Of a stretch of DNA of 64,000 nt, positions 1-12,730 are shown piece after piece. This stretch comes from Daphnia carinata. Lineage: Eukaryota. The stretch is from positions 5,332,001 through 5,396,000 of the forward strand of contig NC_081333.1 in NCBI RefSeq assembly GCF_022539665.2, given 5' to 3'. The stretch's first letter is position 1; the number at the start of each line of letters is the position of its first letter. The notes under the pieces were generated by a model. It made no database searches. It was not told where the DNA came from and saw nothing but the letters and a program-made list of their open reading frames with translations. The translations under genes and the position numbers were made by a program.

Positions 1-194
1 CATACGCGACGACCGGAGGTGGACGACGCTGCGTCGCACATCCCGCAAGTAGCAGGACCCGTAAGCCAGGAAAGGATCGAAATACAAGCCATTCCGGCGG
101 AAAGCAGGCAGCGGAAGGTGGACGCCGTTAGCAGCGATCAGGGTCGCGAGTTCAGCGGACTATTGCGACGAATTCGCTCGCGACGCAAGAGACG

Positions 195-1536
195 GTGACG
201 GAAAACCAGGAAGGGGCGCGTCCAGTGTCAATGCAAGCGGAAGGCGCTGGTGACAGAAGAAGCACGGTTGGCGTGGAAGCCGACACCACTGGTATCACCG
301 AGAGATCGTCAAATGCTGATAGTGAGCAGTTGTCGAGAGAAGAACGCGACGCGGCGGAAGAGCGAAGAGCTGACTTTGGAAGAAGAAGCCTGCGCGAAGG
401 CCTACGACCTCGAGCGTCTAGCACGCCGCACGCAGCGGTGTTGGTCAGGCAAGAAAGAAGTGGACTTAGTGTCGGGGATTCACCAAGGCGACAGTCCATA
501 GCTCAGGAAGAGGAACTAGCTTGGGATCCTTTTCTGGCAGAGGAGGGGGACATGGCGGAAAGGCCGATCTTCCAGTATAAGGAGCTGGAGAAATTCCGCG
601 GCACGGCGAAGGAAAATGCTGTGGAGTGGATTGATCGATTTGAAAGGATCGGTCGCCACAACAGATGGACCAATAATGACTTGGCAAGAGTGATAGACGT
701 GTCGCTCGAGGGGAACGGCCTATAAATGGATTGTAGGCCTTGAGGCGCGGAACACGCGTCCGGAGCACTGGGAAGACCGAAGAGAGAGATTCGTGGCGGA
801 GCAAGGGCAGCCAGCGCGCGAGAGGCAAGTACCTGGACTCAAGTCGTTGTTTTTGAAGCAGTTTGTTGCGGTAAACTTGAAGCGACAAATGGGGAGGAAG
901 CTGCGGATGAGAGTCCAAGGGAAAGAAGAAGACATAACGGAGTATTACCACGACGTTATGGATTTGTGCCGTATCGTGCAACCGGATATGGCGAAAGAAG
1001 TTTGCATTGACCATCTGTTCAGGGGGTTAAGCCCAGCGCTTTACGAAAGGCTGTACGTGCTCGGAATAACGACCGGAGAGGAGTTTTTGGAAAAAGCAAG
1101 ACTCCATGCAGATGCTGTGAAAACGGCCAATGAAAGAGGCTATGAAGATGTGCGCCGGGAAAATGAGAAAGCTGCCATCGGGGGAGTAGGCTTTGACAAG
1201 ATGCAAGAGCTCCAGCGGCAGATACAGGAGCTGCGCGATGAGCTGGCCAAGGCGAGAGGGCCGTCGGGAAAGAAAAACATCGACGGTGAAAAAAATGAAA
1301 ATAACCGGAAGCCGAAGAAGAGGAACCCATTCCGATGTTATAATTGCGATGAAGAAGGACATATCGCAAGGAATTGTCCAAAGGAAAAGAAGCGAGACGG
1401 CACGCCAAAGCCTACAAAGCCTACGCAGCCGGAGGGGGTGAAGCCAAAAGCAGCCTGTGCTGTGATTGGCGGAGAGCAGAGCCAATCAAATGGAGCGGCC
1501 AATGGCGGCGATCAGCAGCCCACCGAAGAAAATTGA
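195..1536 (+). pseudogene. gag: Gypsy gag with an in-frame stop at 723-725
   Basis: Capsid-like EKFRGTAKENAVEWIDRFERI; zinc knuckle CYNCDEEGHIARNC. Confidence 0.9.
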
Positions 1537-4500
1537 TTGGTGGATGCCCCGTTGAAGCTTTAGTGGACACGGGAGCGGTAATTTCTGTAATTACGCCGTC
1601 ATTAACAAGCAAATTGAAGTTGAAAATTACCCCATGGGATGGACCCATGGTGGTGACAGCTGATGGACAACCGATGCAACCAAGTTGCCCTGGCGGTGAG
1701 AAATAAGAACACGTCGGTGGAAGAGGAAGCTGTCGTGCTGAAAACTTTTGGACCCGACTTCATCTTGGGAAGGAATTTGTTGAAGCTCTTTAAGGAATTG
1801 AAGATCTGCTTTAGCAGCCCTCCGACAGTGGAGCTTGGGGCGATCGACATTGGAGCAGCCGGAGGAGGAGATGCCTTAAGGAAAGTGACCGCAACAGTGC
1901 GTGTCACGGTGCCGAAAAGGAGTGCTGTGCCCGTAAAGGTGTCGATCCCGGAGGGAGGAAGTAAAGACGCAATTATGCTCCTCCGCCCGTCGAAGAAGCT
2001 TCTCGAGAAATGTGGCCTATCAGCGGGTCACGCTCTGATTGACTGCACCAAGTCGGATGCTGTGGTTCACGTGATGAACGTCGATCACACAGATCATGTA
2101 ATTGTGGAAGGGACATCGCTTGGGCAATTGGTGGCTGTCGACCAGAGCAGCGGTCTTCCGCTGGAAATGGAAGATGGACGTGCAGCCGGAAGAGGCAGTG
2201 AACGACCTGGAAAACGAGACCCGGCTATGTTCGAGGAATGTGTGGCGAAGACACTGACAGGAGAAGATCGCATAGACCTCATTTCGCTTTTGATGAGTTT
2301 TCAAGATGTGTTCGCTGAAGGCAGCGATTGTCTTGGACAGTGTACTGTCCTGGAGCATGCTATACCTGCGGGTGATGCGGCACCGATCAAGCAATTACCA
2401 AGGCGACGCGCCTGGCAGGAACGGGAACTCATTAAGGTGGAGGTAGACAAGATGTTGCGGCAGGGGGGTATTGAACCCGCGCAGAGCCCCTGGTCGTCGC
2501 CAATCGTCCGTGCGAAGAAGAAGGATGGAAAGTGGCGATTCTGCATTGCTTACAGACGTTTAAATGACGTAACGACGAAGAACGTCTATCCACTTCCACG
2601 CATCAACGATGCGTTATCGAAGCTGGAGGGAGCGACGCTTTTCAGTGTTGTAGACCTTCAGAGTGGGTACTGGCAGGTGCCAGTCGCTGAAGAGGACAAG
2701 CCGAAGACAGCGTTCGTGACGGCCGACGGTCTCTACCAATTCCGAGTAATGCCGTTTGGATTGTGTTCAGCACCGAGCACATTCCAGCGGCTCATGGATA
2801 TGGTATTGGCAGGGCTCAAGTGGACCGATTGCCTGGTATACATGAATGATGTAGTCATCTTCGGGAGGGATGCAAAGGAGCATCTGGAGAGGCTCGGAAA
2901 GGTCTTGTCGTGCTTCCGGAGGTCCAACTTAAAGCTGAAAATTGAAAAATGCGCCTTCGGAAATGAACGGGTGCGGATGTTGGACCACGTCGTGAGCCGA
3001 GCTGGGATTGAGCCGGATCCAGACCACTGCAAAGCAATCGAAAAGTTCCCTGGCCCAAACCTCAATGCTAGTGAAAAGGTAAAGAGGAAGTGGGTGAAGA
3101 GCTTTGTAGGCCTTTGCTCTTTCTACCGCAAGTTTGCGCCGAACTTTGCCAAGACGGCGTATCCACTCACGGCAATGGAGGGAAAAGGAATTTTCCGGTG
3201 GGGAGAGCCGGAGTGGAGTAGCTTTGCAGAATTGAAGGCGGTGCTGGTAAAGGCAGCTCGGCTGGCGCATCCAGATTATGCGAGGACTTTTGAGGTACAC
3301 CCGGACGCCTGTGACTACGGAATAGGCGCAGCGTTGATGCAATACAGGGATGGACACGCCATGCCCATTTGTTTTGCGAGCCGAGTGTTAAAAAAGTCAG
3401 AGAGGAACTATTCAATCACCGAAAAGGAGTGCCTGGCCATTGTATGGGCCATGAAGAAGTTTCGCCCATACATCTGGGGAACGAAGTTAGTGGTGAAGAC
3501 AGATCATCATGCCCTATGCTGGCTGATGACAAAACAGGAGCTGAGTGGCAGACTAGAACGATGGAGTTTGTCGTTGCAAGAGTACGACATAAGCATCTGC
3601 TACAAGAAGGGAAGTCTCCATGAAGATGCAGATGCCCTGTCGCGTTACCCAATACAAGAGGGAGTGGAGGAAGGGCACGCGACACCTATTCCAGTTGCGG
3701 CTATGGCGATGGACGTTCAGTCCTGGACTGACGGACAGGAGCTCAAAGCAGTGGAAGCGGATCAAGCAGGCGATGATCAGCAACACTTCCACGCGATACG
3801 GGAATTTCGTGCTGAAGGAAGGCCTGTTGTACCTGAGAACGATCAGTTTCGGACAAGAATTTGATCGGCTCTGCGTGCATCCAGAGAATAGGAATCACTA
3901 CCGTGGGTTCATCATGAACCTACGGCGGGGCACCTAGGACAAGCAAGAACTCTGGAGAGGGCTCGGCAGAGGTTTTACTGGCCGAAGATGGATAGAGCAG
4001 TTATCCGGTATGTCAAGGCATGCAAAAGTTGTCAGATACGGAAGCCGGATCATGGGAGGAAGAAGGGACTCATGGAGATTACACAAGTGGGAGGACCTTT
4101 CGAACGGATCGGGATAGATGTCCTTGGTCCATTCCCGCGATCAGGGAGCGGGAATACAAACGTGGTCGTTGCCATAGACTACCTTACTAAGTGGGTAGAA
4201 ACAAGGGCCGTACCGGATGCCACGGCACGGCAAATAGCAAAATTCTTCGTCGAGGACATTTTGTTGCGGCATGGATTTCCGCGGGAGGTGACGTCCGATC
4301 AAGGGAAGTGTTTCACGGCAGAAGTAACCCGTGAGGTGTTCACCCTTCTACGACTCTCACATCGGATGACGGTGCCTTACCACCAACAGGCCAATGGTCT
4401 CGTGGAGCGGCAAAACAAGACGCTGGCGACCATGGTGGCGATGTATGTGGATGAAAGTCATGAGGACTGGGACGAGTTCCTCGGCTTTGTCACGTTTGCC

Positions 4501-5169
4501 TACAACTCGGCGCGCCAAGAGAGCACCAATCATACACCATTCATGCTGGTGTATGTACGGGAAGCAGTGATTCCGACGGACCTGCTAGCGGCGACAGGCC
4601 CGAGTCAATCCAAGCTTGTTGATGCAGAGGATCTGATGAAGGCGATGGCGAGCTTGAGGGAGGACGTGAGGGATAGACTGGCCCTGGTGCAGCAGCGCCA
4701 GAAGACGCAGTACGATACCAGAGCCAGTGAGGCACCGGTATACGAACCTGGTAACCTGGTATTAGTCTTCCGGCCACAGAGGAAGAAAGGGCTAGCGGAA
4801 AAGTCACTGCACCAGTACGTGGGCCCATTCAAGGTGGTCAGGCAGATCACTGATTTAAACTATGAACTTCGAAAGCCTTCTGGGAAGAGGACCATTGTAG
4901 TCCATGTTTCGCAAATGAAGAAGTTTGTTGTAGAGTCCGATTTCGTGGTGGAAGTTGAGGCAGTGTCGCGTGATGACAATCCTGAAATAACCCCAGAGGA
5001 CGACACCGCAGCAGTGGCCGAGGAACCAGAGGCAACGATGGAACCTGAGGCGGCGGCGTGTGCTGGCACGAATCCTGAGAGATCGCTGGAAAGCGATACC
5101 GCGGAGGTGGTTAGTCAACCCAAGGCGAAAGGCGCAAGGGGAAGGCGAAACGCCGGCCACTGGAAGTAA
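1534..5169 (+). pseudogene. pol: Gypsy pol (PR-RT-RNase H-IN), frameshifted
   Basis: ALVDTGA protease; SPWSSP, DLQSGYWQ, MPFGL and YMND (YxDD mutated); HPDACDYGIGA and YSITEKECLA RNase H; GIDVLGPFP, TSDQG, NGLVER integrase; GPF tail. Confidence 0.95.
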
Positions 5170-5201
5170 TAGAGGAGGAAGATTGTAGTGAAGGTCTACA
5201 A

Positions 5202-7170
5202 GTGGAAGAGGAGCCAAGGCCTGGGTTTCAAGAGGGGGTGGAACCGCCTCCAGGTCGTCCGATCCGACAAAGATGTGCTCCAGGATGGATGAAGAACATG
5301 CTGCTTTTATCAGTGATCTGTACCATTGGACAGATGATCCAAGCGCATGAAATGAAAGGAAAGTTCGTGGTGACGGAAGGAGCGGTGTTTTATCCGGAGG
5401 GAACCCTAGCGCTAGGCCATCCTGAATGGATCGTCATTTATGATATACCAACCAAACAGGCGGAGCAGGTGATCAAGCGTGTCACAAACTGGGTGGACGA
5501 AATGCTTCGGGCATTTGACAAGGTCGCGACGGCAAATTTCCCAATGGAAGTAAAGCCATTCTTGGAGGGGCCTGCGTTCGATTTGGTGGAAATCAAGTCC
5601 AGAGAGGAGCGTCGACGGCAGGGAGTTGGAGAGAGCCCTGAAAGGCGATGGAACCAGGAGGAAGCGCGGGCTGTTCGACGCTGGAGGCAAATTACTTAGC
5701 TGGTTATTCGGGTCGGTGCATTCAAGGCTCGAATTTTTCGACAAGAAGGGCCTGGAAGTAGTGCATCTTCTTCAGGAGTAAGCAACACTCCTGAATGTCA
5801 CGTTGGGGCACCTGGCGGAACATGAGGCAGAGATTAACAACTTGATAGCGGCCTCGGGACAGATGCGCCGCGAACAAGCTCAGCTGAGAAAGGCTTTCAA
5901 CGAGAGCTAGACACACCTGGCGAGAGAATTGCTTTATCTCCAGAAAGTGGCAAGATCCATCGAGAAAGCTAATCGCGCACTGGACTGGACGGCGGAAGTC
6001 CTGCATGGATGGCAGACTGGGCTGGCGGACGCAGTAATAGGGAAGCTGTCACCCCTGATGTGCCCCGAACGTTCTGACTCAAGCGTTGGAGTCCGTTCGA
6101 CAGGCGTTACCCCAAGGACGGGGGCTGACACCGACCCTTCAAGGGGGTAATGGCTGGAGGGCCTACCAAGAGGCTAGGGTGGAGGCGGCACTGGCAAACG
6201 GCAACATTCGGTTGTTTATTCATTTACCAGTATTTGAATTTAATTATGCTTTGCAGATTTACAGTGTGTTCCCAATGCCAGTGGCCACCAGAAAAGGGGA
6301 ATCGATGTCCCACTCCTACGCTGGATTAGCTCCGTTCCTGGGAGTGTCGCCGGATCGCCAACTGTTTGTGGAATTCAACGCCGATGAAGCGCGAAAATGC
6401 GTGCCATTCATGGGCAGTGTGTGCCCTTTCCTGAAGCCCATTGACCGAAAAGGAAGGATGAAGAGCTGTACGGCGGCTGTGTTTCTACAGGAGCAGGGAG
6501 CCATTCAGAAGAACTGGCTGCTGGAAAGTAAAAAGTGGGCCGGCATAGATCTGTTCTATGTTGGAGGACGAAAGTGGGGCTACGCGGGGAAAGACAATGT
6601 GACTATAGTGCTCCAGTGCCCTGGTCAAAGAATCGGAGGAATAGGTTTGCCACAAGTTCTGCCAGCAGCGGGAGTGATAAAAATTCAAAGACTTTGTTCA
6701 GCAACCTCGGATGACTGGATTTTGCAAGCGAGCTTTCGGCAGATGTTGCCAATGAATGTCACAATCGTCATTGACGAAGAAGCGGCGGGATGGTGAGCAG
6801 CTTGCTGGTGCCGGTGATGGAGCAACCGCAACCGGTGGTAAAGAGCCCAATATTGGAGGAGTCACCAGCAGCGCTTCGCCCACCAACGCGGATAGACAGA
6901 GCGGGGGCGAGTTTGCATCTGAGAGCGGTCGAAAGCCTACACCGACAATGGGAAGAAGAGGAGAACGTCATGCGGTACCCATTTGAGTGGGTTATTGGAT
7001 TTCTGTTCCCAATGCCTCTGATTATTTATCTGATGTTTGAATATCGGAGGTTGATGAACCATGTCGATATCCTGTTATTGGCTCGCGCTACTGAAGTGCG
7101 AGAGCCCAAAAACGGGGACAAATCCGATTCTAGCACGGTGGCGGGAACCTCGTCACCGAACATGCAATAG
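5202..7170 (+). pseudogene. env: Envelope protein, baculovirus F / errantivirus type, fragmented
   Basis: Signal-like MLLLSVICTIGQ; furin site plus fusion peptide RRKR|GLFDAGGKLLSWLFG encoded at 5656-5712; Cys-rich ectodomain; C-terminal TM WVIGFLFPMPLIIYLMF. Confidence 0.85.
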
Positions 7171-7281
7171 CCTTATTAAATGTAGGCGCTTTGGCCAGCT
7201 GAATGTTGGCCAAACCAGTGGAAGTTAAATGTCTAGTTTTGTACCCTTTCCTTTATGGGGTTGTCAACATTTCAGGCTTTT

Positions 7282-7296
7282 AGGTAGGAAGGGGGA
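7282..7296 (+). promoter_or_regulatory. Polypurine tract
   Basis: AGGTAGGAAGGGGGA immediately before TGTA. Confidence 0.85.
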
Positions 7297-7574
7297 TGTA
7301 GCGCCAATGGACTTTATCGCCTATCGCGTGGCGATAGGTGATCCGCAAGTCAACCATTGGCTAGCATTTGTCGCTCTGACCGGATGTCGGGAGCTTTAAA
7401 ACCCCGACTCTGACAAGCCAGAGCAGTTCAGATCAGTTCAGTTAGCAGTCGCGTTAGTTGAAGTAGTTGAGTTGTTGTGCAGTAGTCGAACTGTAGCCTG
7501 TCGTCTAGTGTGTTTTGGTGTACTGTATCTTGTCTACGTGTCAATACAAGCCTTAACCCAGTGAAACTGTTACA
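7297..7574 (+). repeat. 3' LTR of the Gypsy element (~278 bp)
   Basis: TGTAGC...TGTTACA following the PPT; TTTAAAA and CAGTT repeats inside. The partner LTR is not in the window. Confidence 0.75.
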
Positions 7575-8549
7575 ATATATGCCTTCTCTCCCCTTTTATT
7601 TTTAATATTAACCTGAGCCACTAAGCTATGGTCGGATGTTTATTCAAATACCTCATCTTTTAAGGTAAAAGGCGAACTCGTCATCCTTTCGCCACCCTTC
7701 TATGCCGGAGTGCAAAAAGCATTTGCGGTGAGTGAGTGCCTACTACATAAAAGCAGCTGCCATAGCTATTTTCTCAGCTCAAAGGGTAGAAATTAAAAGA
7801 ATTCGCGCAATTTTTTAGATCCAATAATATAAACCAAAGGAACATGTGATATGACGGTAACTGTTACGCTCGTATCCGACTGTGATTAGGTTATAAATTT
7901 CACTTTCAGTTTCATAGTCATTTCAATGATGCTTAATCGATACCGTAGCGAACGGTGTCCCATCTAAGAAAATGCTTTTTAACAAACGTATTAAAGGCAC
8001 ATACAATATATCCAGTATAACTAGACGTAATCACCATGATAAATCAAAGACAAAGACTTCATATAGAATTTAACCAAAATAAAATTTACACAAAAATGAG
8101 GTGCGGCTAGAATGGGCGAAACATTGCATAGTCTGAGGTCCCGCTCTAGCAGTTTTTGAAATAGGCCTTCCCAAGTAGCCTATTGTCTATTTGAGCTGGA
8201 AACGGTAGCAGCAAAGCGTTGCACACTTCCTTTCGCTTGGGACAAACGGCTGATCTAACCCGTCCGTTAACGCCACTCGCATTCTCCTTTTGATCAGTAC
8301 AGATTAATTTCACGTGCGACCAAGTTTCGGCATATATCACAAGTGCGTAGCGTTTGCGAAAAAGCTGTCACGCCCACCGTGGCCGCAAAGGAAAGCCTAC
8401 AAAAGCACAGGCTTCAATTTATGTAACAAAAAATAATACTTATGTTCATGGTCTCCGCGAGCCGACTCGACCATTCGGGTTCACAGCGTTTGTCTGCCAG
8501 TCCTCGGGAATCTAGAACAATGGCCTTACCTGCAGCTCAAGGTGCCGTG

Positions 8550-10175
8550 CCACCTGAGCCTTGCGTTGTTACCGTTCCTAACCGGAACGATGGAGTCTTT
8601 GGCGAGTTAAAGCCTTTGGATGAACCACTGGTGATCCCCTTCGCAAGAGCGGAGGGACTTCACGCTGATGGGCATAGCGCCGAAGCTTATGAATTGATCA
8701 TACAATTTGCAACAGAACTATTACCAATCCACGCGATTTGGTGGTTTAGTTGCCTTCTGTCATCACAACGAATTGCAAGAAAAAGAAGACGAATCCTGCT
8801 TGTCATCAAATCAGCTGTTTGGCTTCAACAACCCTAGCCAAATGCGCATTTTTATGCAAAGTTTTGGTGGAAAATTGCGGCTATTACCATCTCGCCTTCA
8901 GGGGAGGAATGTTTGTATTGCCATTAGCACGGCCACCTGCTACCGTGAAACCATTAGTGAAGCTGAGCTCACCAAGAATCTGAGTTGGTTACACTAGATA
9001 CAGTTACGAGATGGCGTATTAGATCAAGAGGCGATGCTTTGTTGCCACTTTCACTTGCTACTTCTATCTTCGAAGCATTGGTCACTGCGTCAGAAGCACA
9101 GCAAGTTCGTGCTCCATTTTATTCTAACCATCGACTTCCAACCGATAAGAATTTTGCTTCGAACAGCCGTGTCTGCCCTAGGATTGAAGGAAACAATATC
9201 GTAATTAAAAATAGGTAAGATAATCAGCAATGTAATGCATAAAAATCAGGTAAATGTATCGGAAGCGGACCATCCTCTTCTTTGTGAAGGAACACGACGT
9301 CAACGGGGTGATCTCGCTGTCATGTTACTGGTTCATTACAAGGACGACCCAGACCCCACCTATGGGTCAAACATCATCTAGCACTCAACAGGTGCGTCAA
9401 CGTCATGAAGGCATTGAACCTGGAATGATTGCAGTTTCGCTTGACGTGAATTCACCTCCAAACGCGGCCTGCCCTTTCCAGCCTAATATGGTAGCCACTG
9501 CTTTGAATAAAGTACGTGGACAGAGTCCTTCTTGGGAAGAAGATTATGCTCAGTGGCAAGCAGGGAACGGTGTTCGACTGGAATCGAACACTGGAGAAAC
9601 GGCCAGTGGCAACGATGCTGCGATAAGCAATCGTCAAATGATGTACGCAGGTCGCACCCGAAGTCTAACTTATCGCTCTCAGTGACAACCGGGTCCTGGC
9701 TTGGATTCTGGCAGTTCAGGTTCAGAGAAATCATCGGGATCGAATGGTTTTGGATCTAGAGGTCCGCTGAATCAACTTCCCTCCCGAATTGCACAGGAGT
9801 GTCATCGTCTTTGTCTGAAGTCGCGATGGGTGGAGCAATTGGTTCATCGATTTCTTTAAATCATTTAGTCGGTCGTCAGCCTCAACAACAAGCATTAGTC
9901 CCTGAAATGGGTTACATATTAAATGAGGGAGTCTCTTTTTCGAGAAATAGTGGGGGCATGGGACCTTGTGGTGGGAAAATCAGTCGCTTTAAAAACAAGC
10001 GTCTGTATCCGTCGGTTCCGAACTAACCGTCTGAAGCGTCAGCCCATTTTATGTTTGAATTCGCTAAAGCAGTCCTTTTGTAAATCGGAGGAAATAGTAG
10101 GGCATCCCTCTTTACCCAGCCCATCAATTCGCAAAATCCACGTGATCCCATTAGGGCATTGTTGATGTGCGCGCT
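8550..10175 (+). pseudogene. ZSWIM8: Degraded partial copy of ZSWIM8 (Dora) E3-ligase adaptor gene
   Basis: Frameshifted peptides FARAEGLHADGH, STTLAKCAFLCKVL..YHLAFRGGMF..LARPPATVKPL, NVSEADHPLLCEGTRRQRGDLA, PN*PSEASAHFMFEFAK, GGNS and RALLMCA match ZSWIM8 motifs in order. Intron remnant at ~9190-9250. Confidence 0.85.
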
Positions 10176-12718
10176 CCTGTAGAATGCTGTTCAGACGGGC
10201 TAGCGCGATGCTTTTATTTTACTCCAAGGTACGCCGGTTATCCTTAAACGGAAACAAAACCTCGTACCGACCGGAATCATCCCTCTTGATGGTACTCTGG
10301 TACATCTCCAGGAAGCTCGTATCTTCTGATTCTTGGGCCGTTACTCCCATGTGTTCTAAACTCCAAAACTCTCTAAAGTCAATCACGGACCGTTTGTTGT
10401 TTGCCGGTGACGCTAGTGCCGAAACTGTGTAGTCTCTCCCAGGGATCCAAAGATTATCCACCCGAGCTTACTCGCAAAAGTAACCGAGTCGTCGGGCCCT
10501 TGTACCGTCGCATTGGTCAGAATATGCCAATAATAATCGCACCCGATTATTATGTCAAATTCCTCCTTGCTATCGCCTTGTTCTGTTCGGTCGTCAGCGA
10601 GTTTCTCTTCTCGCCGCGACAGCATCTCTACCACCGTTGAATGAACCTTCGGTGTTGCCTTTGCTAGAAAATCCATCTCTGTCGCCCTACTTCGTATCTC
10701 CTCACCCGCCTGGGTTATTAGTTAGACATCGTATGATTTTGTTGTCTCCGTCCGGGCTTGAGCCAGCCCGAACGTGTTTATCCTTAGCTCCTCGGCCTCC
10801 TCTTTTGCCTTGGCTGCCTTTCGCCCGAGCTCTCGTTTGATATACGATCTCTGGCTCCCAGAGTCGATCAACCCGAGAACCGGTATTTTGCTTCCCGACT
10901 TCTCTTGAATGAATGCTGTGAATGTTGGTAGGCCGTTGGACGTCTGCGCCACGTTTATGTTGGTGTCAATAGGGACAGATCTGCCGACGGTTCGTTGTCT
11001 GGATAAGCATAACGCATGGTTGTGATCCAGACTGTTGCAGTTTCTGCACGGCACCTTTGCCATGCAGTGTTCGGTTCTATGTGACCGGCGCAAGCATTTC
11101 AGGCACCGGTTGTCCCTTTCGCACATTTCTCGTCGGGCTTGAGCCGTATTCACCGTACACCGGTGACGAATATGGTTTTGTTGACAGAAGAAACATGAGG
11201 CTTGCCGAGAGGCTCTGTCTTGTGTCTCCGTTCTCGAGTAGCGTCGCCGCTGGCCTTCTCGACGTGTTCTCTTCCATTTCCCTCAGCCGAATTTCCGTAT
11301 CTAATTCCTTGAGGATCATATCCAGCGTTGGTTGATCCCAATCAAACCATTTCTCCCTCTAACACCTCGAGGTGGGTGACTGGGGTAGAGCTTTCAGGAG
11401 ATCGCCCGCAATATACGAGCCGTAGCTCCCCATATCGACCTTGAGGCTCGCTAAGGCAAGTTTGGTGTTGGTGAGTCCGTCGAACATGGCTTGTAGCTGC
11501 TCGATAGTGGCGGACTCGCCTAATCGGCTTGCTATGAGGCTTCTCAGCTCATTCATGTAATGTGGTCTTTAATTTTTCGGGGTCTCCAAAACGGGACTCC
11601 AACCTCTCCATCGCTGCTTGAAACTGGTTATCGTCGAAGTGGAGGTGAGTTATGAGTTCCGAAACTTTCCCCCTTCAAGCTTAGGCGTAAGTATTGAAAA
11701 AAGACCTCCGTTAGTCTAACATCGAGGTCGTAGGTTGCCCAAATGGCTCTCCATCCTTTCCATGCGGTTTTGTCTCCATTAAAGGTGGGCAACGGTAATG
11801 CAGTTCTCACTACCGACGACTACGCCTCGATCTTTTTATTTTTTCTCTAAGTCTCTTCATTTTCTTGCGGAATTTATCTTCTAAATCCCGATCCTTCGCT
11901 CTCTCTACGACCGTGGATACTTGCGCCAGGCTTTCGTTGAGGACGACTATTGCTGTCCACCTGGCTTCAGCTCTGTCCAAGTATTGCTCCCTGTTTTATT
12001 TGTCGGTATCCACTAAAGCGATGCTTTTCAATAGCTCCTTGCGGATAAACTCCCTGTCTTCCGAGAGCTCGACCCTGGAACCCCCGATAGTCTCGGCCCG
12101 TGAGGACGAGCGAAGCGGTTCTGACCGCCTGATCGGGCTATTCTCCTGCGCCGGCATGCTTTCTTCTCGTAGATCTCTGATCTCGTCCTTTGCTTGATTA
12201 ATGATGTTTTTAAGTTCTTCCTTGACGGTCTCCACGATCATCGGGATATGCTCCTCCCAAGAGCAGCTTTGTCTGGTCTGCTCCATTAATTCGGCCGCGG
12301 AGTTTAACGCTCCGTTACTACGCTCATTGATAGTGTTAATTAACTCTGTCAGAGATTCAATCCTTTATTCTACTTCTTGGTAGCCCTGAATCTTGTTTAC
12401 TAACTGTTCTTTACGGTTCTGTATCGGGGCTTCTAGCTCTCCGCGGGCTCTTTCCCCTATCTCCCCTTCTAACTTGTCTAATTTTGCCTGAATCTGATGA
12501 GATGCCGCGGCCTGGGCTACCATCATATCCCTCAGCCGTCGTATCTCGGTTTCGACATGGCTCAATCGTTGTTCATTGTGAGAGTCTTCCGAAGAGCCCG
12601 AGTTTCTGCTGGTCGAGCTGCCGTCGGTATTTTGGGTCGGCTCGGACCTGACTTGTCGAGGGAAAAAACGGGATAATGTTTTGCTTTGATGTGCTTTATT
12701 AACGAAGTCCAACAACAA
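10176..12718 (-). pseudogene. gag: Bel/Pao gag-protease, multiple frameshifts
   Basis: ORF pieces are collinear with ORF 52691..55621. Confidence 0.9.
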
Positions 12719-12730
12719 GTATATAAAGTT

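Larger units (their letters stand above)
1..7574 (+). mobile_element. Ty3/Gypsy LTR retrotransposon with env (errantivirus-like), degraded; 5' LTR lies outside the window
   Basis: Order is gag (CCHC), PR, RT, RH, IN, env, then polypurine tract (PPT) and a TG...CA 3' LTR. Several stops and frameshifts. Confidence 0.95.
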
